Part shown: piece by piece, positions 23,713 to 34,915 of the stretch
How the letters are laid out: every line of letters begins with the position of its first letter
How positions within the stretch are numbered: the stretch's first letter is position 1
Assembly: GCF_000281045.1 (NCBI RefSeq)
Contig: NW_008246119.1
Coordinates: forward strand, 35,326-72,252
Reading direction: 5' to 3'
Origin: Saprolegnia diclina VS20
Lineage: Eukaryota
Length of the DNA: 36,927 nt
The notes under the pieces: model-generated
What the model was told of the DNA's origin: nothing
The model's database searches: none
Seen by the model: only the letters and a program-made list of their open reading frames with translations
Made by a program: the position numbers and the translations under genes

Positions 23713-26598
23713 ATGCCACCGAAGAAGGGGAAGAAGCCCGCGCCCGCCAAGAAGGCCGTCTCTGGCGATGACGACTGGGACATCCTCAACGAGTTCGCGA
23801 CGCCTGCGCCTGCGCCCGTGGAAGCGACGCCGGCGCCGGCCGAGCCCACGACCGAGGCCGAGCCTGCCGTCGACGACGCAGTGGCTGCCCATTTGGCCAG
23901 CTTGGGTATCTCGGCCAGCGCGGCTGCGGACAAGAAAAAGAAGAAGAAGGGCAAGAAGAAGGGTGACGATGCCAAGGACGAGGCGCCTGCTGCTGCGGCT
24001 GCGCCTGCCCCGGCGGGCCCCAAGAAGCCGCTCTCGGCCGCTGCCAAGGCGCTCTTGGAACGCCAAGCGGCTCTCAAGGCCGAACAGGATCGCCTCAAGG
24101 CGATCCAGGAGGAAGAGGACCGCCTCGAGCGGGAAGCTGAAGCCGCGCGCCTCGAAGCCATCCGCAAGAAGGAAGAGGCCGCCGAGCGCAAGCGTCTGGC
24201 CAAGAAGGCCAAGGTCGAAGCCGCCAAGGCCGAGGGTACCTACATGACAAAAGCGCAGAAGCTTAAGGCCCAGCGCGCGCAGGCGGCTTTGGAAGCCATG
24301 AAGGCGCAAGGTCTGGTCACGATCGTCGCCGACGAAGAGAAGAAGCCCGTCGTGTACACCAACACGAAGAAGAACAAGAAGCAGCCCAAGAAGGAGGAAG
24401 AAGTCGTCGAGGAGGTCAAGCCTGCCGCCGAGGACGTGCCGGATGCCTGGGACGCCAGCGACAACGAGGACAAGGCCGAGGCCGAGGCCCCGGACGCGTG
24501 GGACGACGACGAGTGGGATGACTCGGCGCTCATTGCAACGATCCAGCAAAAGGTCGAAGAGACTTCGACAACGGCCGCCGAAGACGAAGTCGAAGATCTC
24601 ATCGAGCTCGAAAAGGAAAAGGAGAAGGAGCGTCTCCTCCAGCAAGGCTTGGCCTTGGCCAAGCGCCAGGCCGAGCAGGAAGCCGAGGCGGCCCTCGCGG
24701 CCGAGGCCGAGACCGTCCGGTCCAAGGCCAAGCAAGAAGAAGACCGCAAGAAGCGCGAGGCTGCTGAACGCCGTCGCGTGCGCGAGGAGGAGGCCCGTGC
24801 CGCCATCTCGGAAGACAACCTTCGGTCGCCAATTTGCTGTATCATGGGTCACGTCGATACGGGCAAGACGAAGCTTCTCGACAACATCCGCAAGACCAAG
24901 GTGCAGGACGCTGAAGCCGGTGGTATCACGCAGCAGATTGGTGCGACCTTCTTCCCGGTCGAAGCCATCAAGCAAAAGACGGCTGCGCTCCAGAAGGTGA
25001 CCAACCTTCAGTACAAGCTCCCGGGTCTCCTCGTCATCGACACGCCGGGCCACGAGAGTTTTACGAACCTCCGCTCGCGCGGCTCGTCGCTCTGCGACAT
25101 TGCGATCCTGGTCGTCGATATCATGCACGGCCTCGAACCCCAGACGCTGGAATCGCTCCGCCTCTTGCGTGCCAAGCGCGCGCCGTTTGTCGTCGCGCTC
25201 AACAAGATTGATCGCTGCTACTCGTGGAAGACGTGCCCGGACATGCCGATCCGCGACGCGCTCGCGCTCCAGAACGAACACGTGGTGCGCGAGTTTGAAG
25301 ACCGCGCCAAGAAGATCATGGTCGAGTTTGCCGAGCAGGGCCTCAACGCCGAGGTCTACTGGCGCAACAAGGACCTCGGCCGCACCGTGTCGCTCATCCC
25401 GACGTCGGCAATCTCGGGCGAAGGCGTCCCGGATCTGCTCATGATGCTCACCAAGCTCACGCAGGAGCGCATGGCCAAGTCGCTTGCCTTTGTCGACATC
25501 CTCCAGTGTACCGTGCTCGAAGTCAAGGTCATTGAAGGTCTCGGCACGACCATCGATACGATTCTCGTCAACGGCTCGCTCAGCGAAGGCCAGACCATTG
25601 TCGTGTGTACGCTCGAGGGGCCGGTCGTCTCGACGATCCGGTCGCTTTTGACGCCGCACCCGATGAAGGAGATCCGCGTCAAGGGCGAGTACATCCACCA
25701 CCAGACGATCAAGGCTGCGATGGGTGTCAAGATCTGCGCGCAAGGCCTCGAGAAGGCGGTCGCTGGTACGCAGATCCACGTCGTGGGTCCCGACGACGAC
25801 GTCGAGGAGCTCAAGGACTCTGTCATGTCGGACCTCTCCAACATTATGGACTCTGTCAACGCGACCAAGCGCGGTGTCATGGTGCAGGCGTCGACGCTCG
25901 GTGCGCTCGAAGCCCTCCTCGAGTTTCTCCGGTCGTGCGACCCGCCGATTCCGGTCGCTTGCGTCAACATTGGGCCGGTCCACAAGAAGGACGTTGTCCG
26001 TGCCAGCGTGCAGCTCGAGCACAACAAGGAGTACGCGACGATCCTCGCCTTTGACGTCAAGATCCAAAACGACGCCAACGAGCTCGCCAACGAGCTCGGC
26101 GTGCGCATCTTCACGGCCGACATCATCTACCATCTCTTCGACCAGTTTACGGCCTACATGGACAACATCAAGGCGCTTCGCCGCGAGCAGTTTGCCGACG
26201 TCGCCGTCTTCCCCGTCATTTTGCGCATCATCCCGACGTGCGTCTTCAACAAGAAGGACCCGATCATCCTCGGCGTCGACATTGAAGATGGTATCCTCAA
26301 GGTCGGCACGCCGCTCGTGGCGATCGTCGGCGGCGTCCTCGTTTCCGTCGGGCGCGTTGGCTCGATCGAGAAGGACAACAAGCCGACCGAGACGGCCAAG
26401 AAGGGCGCGAGCGTTGCGGTGCGTATCGAGTCCGACTCGAACGTGACGTACGGCCGCCACTTTGACCACACGGCCAAGCTCTACTCGCATCTGAGCCGCG
26501 CGTCCATCGACGCGCTCAAGGAAAACTTCAAGGAGGACCTCGCCAAGGACGACTGGCGGCTCGTCATTCGTCTCAAGGGCGTCTTTGGCATTATCTAA
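23713..26598 (+). CDS. EIF5B: Eukaryotic translation initiation factor 5B
   Basis: Intronless ORF with charged N-terminal region, then LRSPICCIMGHVDTGKTKLLD (G1), GGITQQIGA, DTPGHESF (G3), NKID (G4) and eIF5B C-terminal domains. ATG in gccgccATG context at 23713. Confidence 0.97.
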   Translation: MPPKKGKKPAPAKKAVSGDDDWDILNEFATPAPAPVEATPAPAEPTTEAEPAVDDAVAAHLASLGISASAAADKKKKKKGKKKGDDAKDEAPAAAAAPAPAGPKKPLSAAAKALLERQAALKAEQDRLKAIQEEEDRLEREAEAARLEAIRKKEEAAERKRLAKKAKVEAAKAEGTYMTKAQKLKAQRAQAALEAMKAQGLVTIVADEEKKPVVYTNTKKNKKQPKKEEEVVEEVKPAAEDVPDAWDASDNEDKAEAEAPDAWDDDEWDDSALIATIQQKVEETSTTAAEDEVEDLIELEKEKEKERLLQQGLALAKRQAEQEAEAALAAEAETVRSKAKQEEDRKKREAAERRRVREEEARAAISEDNLRSPICCIMGHVDTGKTKLLDNIRKTKVQDAEAGGITQQIGATFFPVEAIKQKTAALQKVTNLQYKLPGLLVIDTPGHESFTNLRSRGSSLCDIAILVVDIMHGLEPQTLESLRLLRAKRAPFVVALNKIDRCYSWKTCPDMPIRDALALQNEHVVREFEDRAKKIMVEFAEQGLNAEVYWRNKDLGRTVSLIPTSAISGEGVPDLLMMLTKLTQERMAKSLAFVDILQCTVLEVKVIEGLGTTIDTILVNGSLSEGQTIVVCTLEGPVVSTIRSLLTPHPMKEIRVKGEYIHHQTIKAAMGVKICAQGLEKAVAGTQIHVVGPDDDVEELKDSVMSDLSNIMDSVNATKRGVMVQASTLGALEALLEFLRSCDPPIPVACVNIGPVHKKDVVRASVQLEHNKEYATILAFDVKIQNDANELANELGVRIFTADIIYHLFDQFTAYMDNIKALRREQFADVAVFPVILRIIPTCVFNKKDPIILGVDIEDGILKVGTPLVAIVGGVLVSVGRVGSIEKDNKPTETAKKGASVAVRIESDSNVTYGRHFDHTAKLYSHLSRASIDALKENFKEDLAKDDWRLVIRLKGVFGII

Positions 26599-26723
26599 CG
26601 TCATCCGTCGTTCCGTGCAAATGTGTGTGTTGGTCGAAACGCTGAAAACAAAGGGATAGCTTAGTGGGCAAGGCGGGTGGTGTTAATACAGGGCGATGGC
26701 GAGGGCCATCGGAAGGATGCAAC

Positions 26724-27958
26724 TTAGTTCTTGTTCATGTACGTGTCCATGTCGTCGTCCAAGTCGGCAGCCGACTTTTCCTCGCCACGGCTATCCATGC
26801 AAGCATGAGTTGTCGAGGTTGAGAGGAGAACGTGCGTACCCTCCCCGGCCACGACGGGCACCGCCGCCGTTGCGACGGCCACCGCTGCCACCACGGTTGC
26901 TACACACATCGCAAGCCAGTAAGCATGATGATACACTGTCGATGGGAAGACGCACCCGTTGCCGTTGAACGTCACCTTGAAGTCAACGTCCTTGCCGGCA
27001 GCGCCCTTGAGCGCCGTGCCGAAAAGACCCGAGCGCACGTTCTTCGAGTTGTCGCCCTTGTTGGAGCTGGTGTTGTTGCCGCCTTGGCGCGCGCTGCCTT
27101 CGTCCATGGTGATCTTCATGGGCTGGTTGTCCAACGTGCAGCCTATGGACTTTGTGAGAGATGTTGCATGGAGTGCGGGGTGGTACCGTCGTATTTGTTG
27201 ATGGCGGCCTGCGCCGACTGGATGCTCGTGAACCAAACACGAGCTTGGCCCTAGACATGGACACTGGTACAGCCAACCGCTCGATGGAGCGCCGCACGGG
27301 AGCCCGGCACGCGCGCGCGGATCGGTCCATGGAAATTCGACGTATCCAAGCGTCGCACGATGCGTGATGCGCGAGTGTCGTTCCCGAGGCGGCGAGAAGA
27401 AGAAGTTCAAAACAAGGATGAGGTCACACCTTGGAGCGGCCCGCGCGGTCGTAGAGGATCTCGTACTTGGCGACCTTGCCGACGGTGCTAAAGAGCTCCT
27501 TGATGTCGTCTTCCAAGACGTCGAATTTCAGGTTCGTCACAAAGATCTTGAAGACCGTCTCGTCTTGGCCCTGCGTCTTGCCGCCGAGGCGCGAGAGGAT
27601 CGACGCTATATCGTAGCATGAGCCGCCGGTCGCTTGCAGCCGCACGTACCCTTGCGGCCCGACGACTTGTTGCTGTTGCTGTTGTTGTTCTTGTTCGAGT
27701 TGTCGTCCATGTCGACGTCGTCGTCGTTCTACACCTCGCCATGAGCCCTCTTCTTCACGCAGCGACGTCTACCTTGCGACCATACGGCGTGCCGCTGCTG
27801 CGGCCGCGGCCGGCGTTGGCGCGGCCACGGCGGACCGGACCGGCGCCGCCCGAGGACTCCTTGCCCCCGCGGCCGCCCTTGCTGCCCGAGGCCGTCGTCT
27901 TCTTCTTCTGGATGAGGTCATCAAGGCTCATGTCGAGCGAGTTGAGGAGCGACGACAT
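26724..27958 (-). CDS. ALYREF: ALY/REF (THO complex subunit 4, Yra1-like) mRNA export adaptor (multi-exon)
   Basis: N-terminal LDMSLDDLIQKK and C-terminal KSAADLDDDMDTYM UAP56-binding motifs, RG-rich segments, and RRM KIFVTNL...YDRAGRSK|GQARVWF...AINKYDGCTLDNQPMKI. Confidence 0.9.
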
Positions 27959-28185
27959 GGTAGCTTCTTCGTCGTAGGTGAATCACTTTCTTTCCCCCTC
28001 TCGCTAACAACCAGACATGGTGCCGGATACGGATTTCAGAACCCATTTTGATTGGTCGAGAGCCAAGATTTCCGGATACGATCCTCGTTTCTGTGGAATT
28101 TCGAACTGAACTGGAGCCTCAGATCGGCCGAGCCGAACATGGGGTGCGGCAGGAGGTGCATGGGACGCCTGACCGACCTGTCGCG

Positions 28186-28241
28186 TGACGCCGGCCTACC
28201 AGGACGCATGACGCTGGCCTACCAGGACGCATGACGCTGGC
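28186..28241. repeat. 23-bp tandem repeat, ~2.4 copies
   Basis: tgacgccggcctaccaggacgca / tgacgctggcctaccaggacgca / tgacgctggc. Confidence 0.9.
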
Positions 28242-28344
28242 AGAGAAGCGCAAGACGACGCTGGTCATGAGCTTGGATCTGCCCACCGGGCGATGAAGGA
28301 GAGGGCGGAGAAGGCGGATGATATCTATTACGAGTGGCGAACGA

Positions 28345-29289
28345 CTACTTGGCTTGGCAGCAACAGACGCACTTGCCAGCGCACATGCAAAAGTGGCACT
28401 TGGCGAGGACCGAGAAGCCAATCGTGGTCTTCCAGTGGGGCGGCCACCTAGTACGTAGTCGTTGGGTGACAATAGGCCGTCGATAAGAGAGTACGTCTTT
28501 TCAATGGACGGGCGCGAGCACATGCGCAGGTACCACATTGCAAGCCGCGGGTACAAGCCGTCGAGCTGGAGGCCACATCGGACTGCGTAGGCCACGTTGG
28601 TAAAGACGACAATGTCACAGAGGCACGGCTCGTTCGCGACGAGGTAGTTGCGGCCGGTCAAGTAGAGCTCCCAGAGCTTAAGCTCCGACTCGAGATAGTG
28701 CCATTTCGCTTGCAGCACATCCGGGTTTGGTCGAATGTTCTTGGTTGCATTCGCCTGCGCGCGCCGGAGGTACACGACCATTTCGCCGACCATGGAGAGG
28801 ATTTCGTTCGACTCGTGGAGGCGCGTCTGCGCGATCGCATACAGCTTCGGGTCGTTAGGAAGAAGTGGGTTGGGATAAAACTGCTCAAGGTACGCCAGGA
28901 TCGCTGCGCACTCGTAGAGAATGACGCCCGACGTGCCATCGGCAAAGACCGGCACGCGCATGCGCGGGTTGAGCTGCTGGAAGGCCGGCGTCTTGAGCAC
29001 GCCACTCGAGAAGCTCACGCACACGCTGCGGTACTCGATCTTCTTTTCTTCGAGCGCAATCAAGACACGCCAGGCTAGACGCCAATCGCCACGATGAGGA
29101 TCGGCGCCAAGAAGCGAGTGTACCTTGCGGCGAGCCCGAGCCCCAGAACAAGACGCGCTCGCCGGGCTTGGCGTAGTTCTGGATGAGGTCTTCCTCGGTA
29201 CAGATCGAGTAGTCGTCGTCGCTGGCCGGCGACGCATGCGCCTGCACGAGCGCCTCATGGCTCGTCGTGGGCTTGGCCGCGTCGTCCAT
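28345..29289 (-). CDS. Glutathione S-transferase family protein with Cys-rich C-terminal tail (3 exons)
   Basis: FWGSGSPQ|AWRVLIALEEKKIEY, LNPRMRVPVF, ECAAILAYLE and GST C-domain YLVANEPCLCDIVVF. Last exon reads WPPHWKTTIGFSVLAKCHFCMCAGKCVCCCQAK*. Confidence 0.88.
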
Positions 29290-30087
29290 CTTGCGTTGCA
29301 ACAGAAAAATGGCAGCTATATCAATTCCTAGAGGTTGTATACACCATTGAGGTCCACAGTCCGGATACAAGATGGTTTCGTATCCGGTAGGATGTGCGTG
29401 AAGGCGATTGGGTCAATTGAGAGTCGTTTTGGCCAATGGCATGGCGAGATTGTTTTGACAAAGCCAAGAGTCATTTCTCTATAGTGACTCAAGTTGAACT
29501 TGGCTGTCGTCGATGGCGCATTTGGCCATCCTCTCGCGACATCATGCAATCGTATCCAAGATACATGCTTGAATCCTGAAGGGCAAAATAGAGAGTCATG
29601 CAATGAACGGTGATGCACAAACCCGTCGACTATATGTTTCACGATCTGTGGATGATTACTCCACACTCAGACCTTTGGCATCCATCCTTCCAAGGGCTGC
29701 TAGAATGCCACCAGAATTATATTAGTTGGCGCTTTGACAATGAAGCGAGGCGCGCATGGGCAAAGTGAGTGCAACAGAGATCTGTTGCCGATTTAGGATC
29801 ACATCTGCTTGTGACTTCTTTCAGTCGTTGCAATGGCTGGAGTGGCAGCAGTGTGTCCTTTGCTTTGCATGTTAGCTTAGTGTCGGAAGAGGCGAACAAC
29901 GGTGCTTCCGAAGTCGAGAGTCTTCGTGCGCATATACTGTTCGAGTCTTATCCCCGCTTTCGATCGTCCGACGCTTCTTCTCAGTTCTCGCTCATCTGTG
30001 CCGTGGGCGAGAACGAGACAGTCTTGAAAAAACGTTGACCATTGAGCAAGTTTGTCGGATATTTATGCTGGCCAATTATTGGACGAA

Positions 30088-31520
30088 ATGTTTCGCGCAG
30101 CTTCGACCGCGCTCGTGCGTCACCGCCCGGTGCTCGGCCTCCATGGTGCGCTCTTCGCGACGCCGCAGCGCGCCTTCGCCTTGCACTCGTCCATCATCGA
30201 CCGCATGCAACTGCTGACGGTGCGCTACGAAGAGCTCTCCAAGGAGCTCATGAGGTATGTCCTTTCTATCGACGACGGCTATGGCTCACGCCAGGCCAGC
30301 AACGATGGCAACATTGCGCCGTCGCGGATCGCCAAGCTCTCAATCGAGATGTCCGAGATGGAGCCTGCCCTTGAAGCCATTCGTGAGCTGGAAGCGCGCC
30401 AAGAGTCCATCGCCGAGCTCGAAGAGGTACTATCATGCAATATCTTATCGCCAGTTCTTAGCCACGGCAGGTGATTGCCGAGGCCACCGAAAGCAACGAT
30501 GCAGACTCGGCAGAACTTCGGGCGATGGCGACCGAAGAAAAGTTTGAGCTTCTCAGCGGTATCGACAGCATTGAGAAGGACATTACGGTACACATGTCCG
30601 AGTCTCGCTTGGGGTCCTAGCTCACATTTTGGTAGCGCCTCATGCTGCCAAAGGACGAGGCAGATGACAAGAGCGCGATTCTCGAAATTCGCGCCGGCAC
30701 GGGCGGTGACGAAGCCTCGCTGTTCGCCGGCGACGTGTTGCGCATGTATCAAAAGTTTGCTGCCCTCTGCGGCTGGAAGTTTGAGATTCTGAGCTTGAGC
30801 GAGACGGACCTCGGCGGCTGCAAGGAGTGTGCAGTCTCGATCACGGTCCGTTCAATCGCCATCGTTTCGATACTTGACGCATGGACAGGGTCGCGGCGCG
30901 TACGGTCGCATGAAGTTCGAGTCCGGTACACACCGCGTGCAGCGCGTGCCCGTCAACGACACGCGCGTGCACACGAGTGCAATCACGATCGCTGTGCTGC
31001 CCGAAGTCGAAGAGGTAGCATGACATCTCGTGCTGGTCTGTCTCACATTGCACTTTAGATTGAGATGAAAAATGTCTTTTTGCCCAAGGACTTGCGCATT
31101 GATGTCTACCGGGCGAGTGGCGCGGGCGGCCAGCACGTCAACACGACGGAAAGTGCCGTGCGGATTACGCACTTGCCGACGAATACGGTCGTGGCGGTTC
31201 AGGACGAGCGGTCCCAGCACCAAAACAAGGCCAAGGCCATGAAGATTCTTTGCGCCCGCGTCTACGACGCCGAGCGCCGCGCCGCCCACTCGGAGCGCGA
31301 CAAGATGCGCATGTCGCAGATCGGGTCGGGCGACCGCTCGGAGCGTGTGCGCACGTACAACTTTCCGCAAAGCCGGATCTCGGACCACCGTGTCGACGGC
31401 CTCTCGACGTTTGGCATGGACCGCATGATGGAAGGTCTTCTCTTGGACGAAATCATTGACGCGCTCGTGCTCCACGACCAAAACGACAAGCTCCAGCGCA
31501 TGAACGACCAGCTGAAATAA
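30088..31520 (+). CDS. prfA: Peptide chain release factor 1, probably mitochondrial (multi-exon)
   Basis: Arg/Ala-rich presequence [39 protein letters not shown], catalytic [37 protein letters not shown]. Confidence 0.93.
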
Positions 31521-31705
31521 GTTTGAATACCAACATGATAGTCTAGTGCGTCGTGTGCGTGCATCACCATGTCATTGCGTCTCAAGACGACAGGCCGCTG
31601 TGTTAGATGCATAAAGCTGCGTGGTGAGGCCGAGTCGCCATCGCACCTCGTCGTTGCCACGAGCGAAACGCAAGCAAGGACTGCACTGGTAGCTCTATTT
31701 TCTAC

Positions 31706-32719
31706 TCACGACGACGGATGCTCGGCGGCATAGACAGCGAGCTGATCGGCCTTGGAGAGCCCGAGACGACCACGCCAGAGGTCGGCGACAACGGGTGAGT
31801 CGTCCTTGATGCCGCGGTGCACTTGGTCGAGTGCATCGCGGCTGTTGACATGACCGTACCATTCGCCGTCTAGTAGAATGTTGTAGAAGCGTCCACGCAT
31901 GCATGAGGACTTGTACTGGGATGAACGATGCAGTTGCCAGCAAAACGATGCCCGCCATAATGGCTCGTCGCGTACGCTTGCCATTCTGGAATATCCTTCT
32001 ACTCGCGCGTGGCTTTCAAATGAATGACCTGGGACATGAAGAAGCAGCCTACCTCGATCCACTCGATGAGCTTGGGGCCCGCACACGCACAGCGAAAATC
32101 GCGGTTGGCGTGCGCGCACACAAACACGTGCTTGCCTTGCAGCGGGGCCACCGTCACCCTAATTGCATTACCAATCAACCTCGACGTTTCGCTGCACGAA
32201 GCTCCCTCGTACCGTGCTTGGAGGGCGTCCATGTCAACGTCCTCCTGAAGCAAGGTCTCGGTGACGAAGGTCACTAGATCACACATTTTGTCAGCTTTGA
32301 GAGTACACATATTGCGTACCGTCTTCCGCACGAATATTCCGCAGGCGAATGTTCTCGGGGAAGACGAGTGCGTCGTGCGTCGCCGCATCCGGAGTCGCGT
32401 CGGCGTTGGTCGCGCCGGGGTGGGCCACCGACACGACAAGCTGGGCGCGCTCCTTGGTGTTGATCTTGTCCGTAATCTATCGCAATGTGTGAGTCATGTA
32501 CGTGGCGCCCTCGTCGTAGCGTACCGCACTGTACGTGGCGAGGATGTGGTCGGTCTGCTCAATCTTCTTGGGCCACGCCTCGGCCGAAAGCGACGGCTCG
32601 AGAAGAATGAGGTGGCGCCGATGGCTCTACGCTAAGGTGAGCTAGCATACACTGGAGTAGCAGTCTACCAGGACCGAGCCCGCAATTGAGAACCAGCGTC
32701 GGTGCGTCGCGCGCAGCAT
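31706..32719 (-). CDS. Sucrase/ferredoxin-like (Aim32/Apd1 family) 2Fe-2S protein, probably mitochondrial (multi-exon)
   Basis: MLRATHRRWFS presequence, GSVL|SHRRHLILL...WPKKIE, VFVCAHANRDFRC (CX8C), ASSHYGGHRFAGNCI (HxGGH), WYGHV, LWRGRLGLS. Confidence 0.85.
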
Positions 32720-33198
32720 TTTGACAAATGGAACGGCCAAGTGGCGCCATTCCTCAAAATAGTGTAATAGTGTGCACCGGATGGGTCAGTGGACCAAAGG
32801 GTGGACTGAGATGCCACCCAGATCACGAGCTCAAAGAGCACGGCGAAGCAAGACGACAAGGGGACGCTGCATCCGTGCAGCGACATGGACGACATGCCAA
32901 CAACGATTAACTGTTGCAAATAGATCGATTTTGGTAGTATGTCGGTCAGTGGGTCAGTGGCTAAATGCACCCAATTTGCTGCCAAGCGAGCAAGAAAGAG
33001 GCACTCGATCGCGCACCATTGATCGCACATGACTCCTTCGAGCTACCGGTAGCTACGATAAATTCACTGTACTTTCCATCGGCGAGCTTCGTGGCAGTTG
33101 AGTGCCGGGACCTCAGCGCACTTGCTCTGAGCTCAACGAATACTTTTGTGACTGGCGTTGTACGGTTCGGGCTGTGATTACGCCGATCTTGAAGGGAC

Positions 33199-34666
33199 AT
33201 GGCGACAGGCGCCGACGCCATCGGGTGGCGCGTCGAAGTCTTCTGGGAAGACGAGGAGCAATGGTTCCAAGGTGTCATCACAGAGTACTCGGAAGACGAC
33301 GGCTACTACGTCTGCTACGACGATGGCGACGAAAAGTGGCAGGTACAAGTGGGTATCGACTTGACGGCGCGCGATGATTTGATCCATAGCCCAGTGCAGC
33401 ACCGGACGCGATGCGTTTCCTGGCCAACACGATCGCTGTCGACGATGCAAGCACCGAGCTAAAAGGCGCGTCGCCCGTGGCCGCGAGTCACGACTACTCG
33501 GAGGACGGGTTCGAAGACAAGCTCGAGATTCCGATTCCATCGTCGTTGGATGACGGCAACCCATTGCTCGAAAGCGACGAAGAAGTAACACCAGAGCCCA
33601 CCCCAAGAGAAGTGTCGGACACGCCACAGCAAGCCAGGGTCGCCGAACCACGGTGGACGGCGCCAGTCACAGCACCGCTCGCTCGCGCTCGGACAGCGCC
33701 AGCCAAGCCAACGCGCAAACCCGCGAGCAACTCCGTCTTCTTTAAAGACCGGGAAGAGCTGCAAGAGATGCGCGCCAAGCTCGAGGCTACAAAAGCAGCG
33801 TTAACGGACGAGCTCGGGAAGCTCAAGGCGTCGCTCAAAGCTGCAGATTCAACATCTGCGCAGCTCAAACAGACCATGTCGGAGCTCACTGCCAAGCTCA
33901 CCGTCGCGCAGCTCCACCCTGCGACGGCCACGCCCAATGCATCGTCGATGGACGAACGCATGCTCGAGCTAACGACACGCAACCGCCAAATGACTACCGA
34001 AAACGCAGAGGTATCGACACCTATTTGTGCTCCAACCTCCCGGAAAAGGGTGCGTAGCTCGCCACGACGAAACGCGAGATTCAAGGACGCGTGGATGCGC
34101 TCCGAGCAAAAGCAGATGCGCTGAGCACCAAGTGGGCCAACGTACCCCAGAGGCACAAAATCACGCTTGTCGAAGTGCAACTTGAGATTGCACTTTTGCT
34201 GCAGCACAAGAATAACTTGGAAGCAACGCTAGCGACGCGCAAGGTGCCGCCCAAGCCTACAACGACGGTCGATGTTGACCACAAGGCCAAGCTGGCAGCC
34301 GCCGATGCCCGGATTTGGGACCTGAAGCGCGAGAGCCACGACTGGAAGCAGCGGTTCGAGCAAGAACAGGCGAAAGCGTCTGCGCTCGATGCCCGGCGCG
34401 TGCACCTTGGCGAGCAACTTGCGCGGTTTCGGTCCTCGAAAGCTCTCTTGCGCCGCGCGTTTGATCGATGTGATGGCATTGGCAATGGGACACTTACCCT
34501 CGACGAGACAGTGCAAGTACTGCGCTTGCTGTCGCCCGGCGACAACGGCGGCGACGACTTGGAGGCCTCGATTCGCATATATTTTGCGGCGGCCGACGCC
34601 AACCATGACAGCGCAATCGACTTCGACGAGTTTTGCAAGGCATTTGAGCACCTCATGACGGCATAG
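33199..34666 (+). CDS. Tudor-like domain / coiled-coil / two EF-hand protein (3 exons)
   Basis: IGWRVEVFWEDEEQWFQGVITEY...YYVCYDDGDEKW (Tudor-like). Introns at ~33343-33389 and ~34011-34057 keep the frame. Long heptad region, then EF loops DGIGNGTLTLDE and DANHDSAIDFDE. Confidence 0.82.
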
Positions 34667-34880
34667 TCGTCCGACTCGAGGTGACGTTCGAGATCAATTG
34701 ATAAAACACAGAAAACGCAGCCAATTATAATGAATAGAAACGATTCACGGGACCGTTGCTGAACTCAAATTATGGGGCTCAACTGGTGTCGGTGTTGGTG
34801 CAGCCATCGTCCGGATAAAAAATATCCGGCTGGATGATAGGGGTCTCTGAAAGGATTGATTGCTTGATTGTATCAAGTGC

Positions 34881-34915
34881 TATCACTTGACATACCGGTA
34901 ATATGTCAAGTGATA
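34881..34915. repeat. Perfect 14-bp inverted repeat with 7-nt loop
   Basis: tatcacttgacata-ccggtaa-tatgtcaagtgata. Confidence 0.9.

Noticed and set aside
23674..26604. 976-aa antisense ORF opposite eIF5B
   Set aside because: Shadow ORF expected from the GC3-biased codon usage of a highly expressed gene; no recognisable motifs.
27251..27429. Intronic snoRNA or TPP riboswitch in the ALYREF long intron
   Set aside because: No clear C/D or H/ACA boxes and no TPP aptamer consensus seen; kept only as a generic structured intron.
27666..27700. (TTG/CTG)n microsatellite-like run
   Set aside because: Encodes the Asn-rich linker of ALY/REF on the minus strand.
28186..28241. CRISPR-like repeat
   Set aside because: No spacers, eukaryotic context; a simple tandem duplication.
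29400..30050. Short ORFs in the GST-RF1 divergent spacer
   Set aside because: AT-richer non-coding composition, no motifs.
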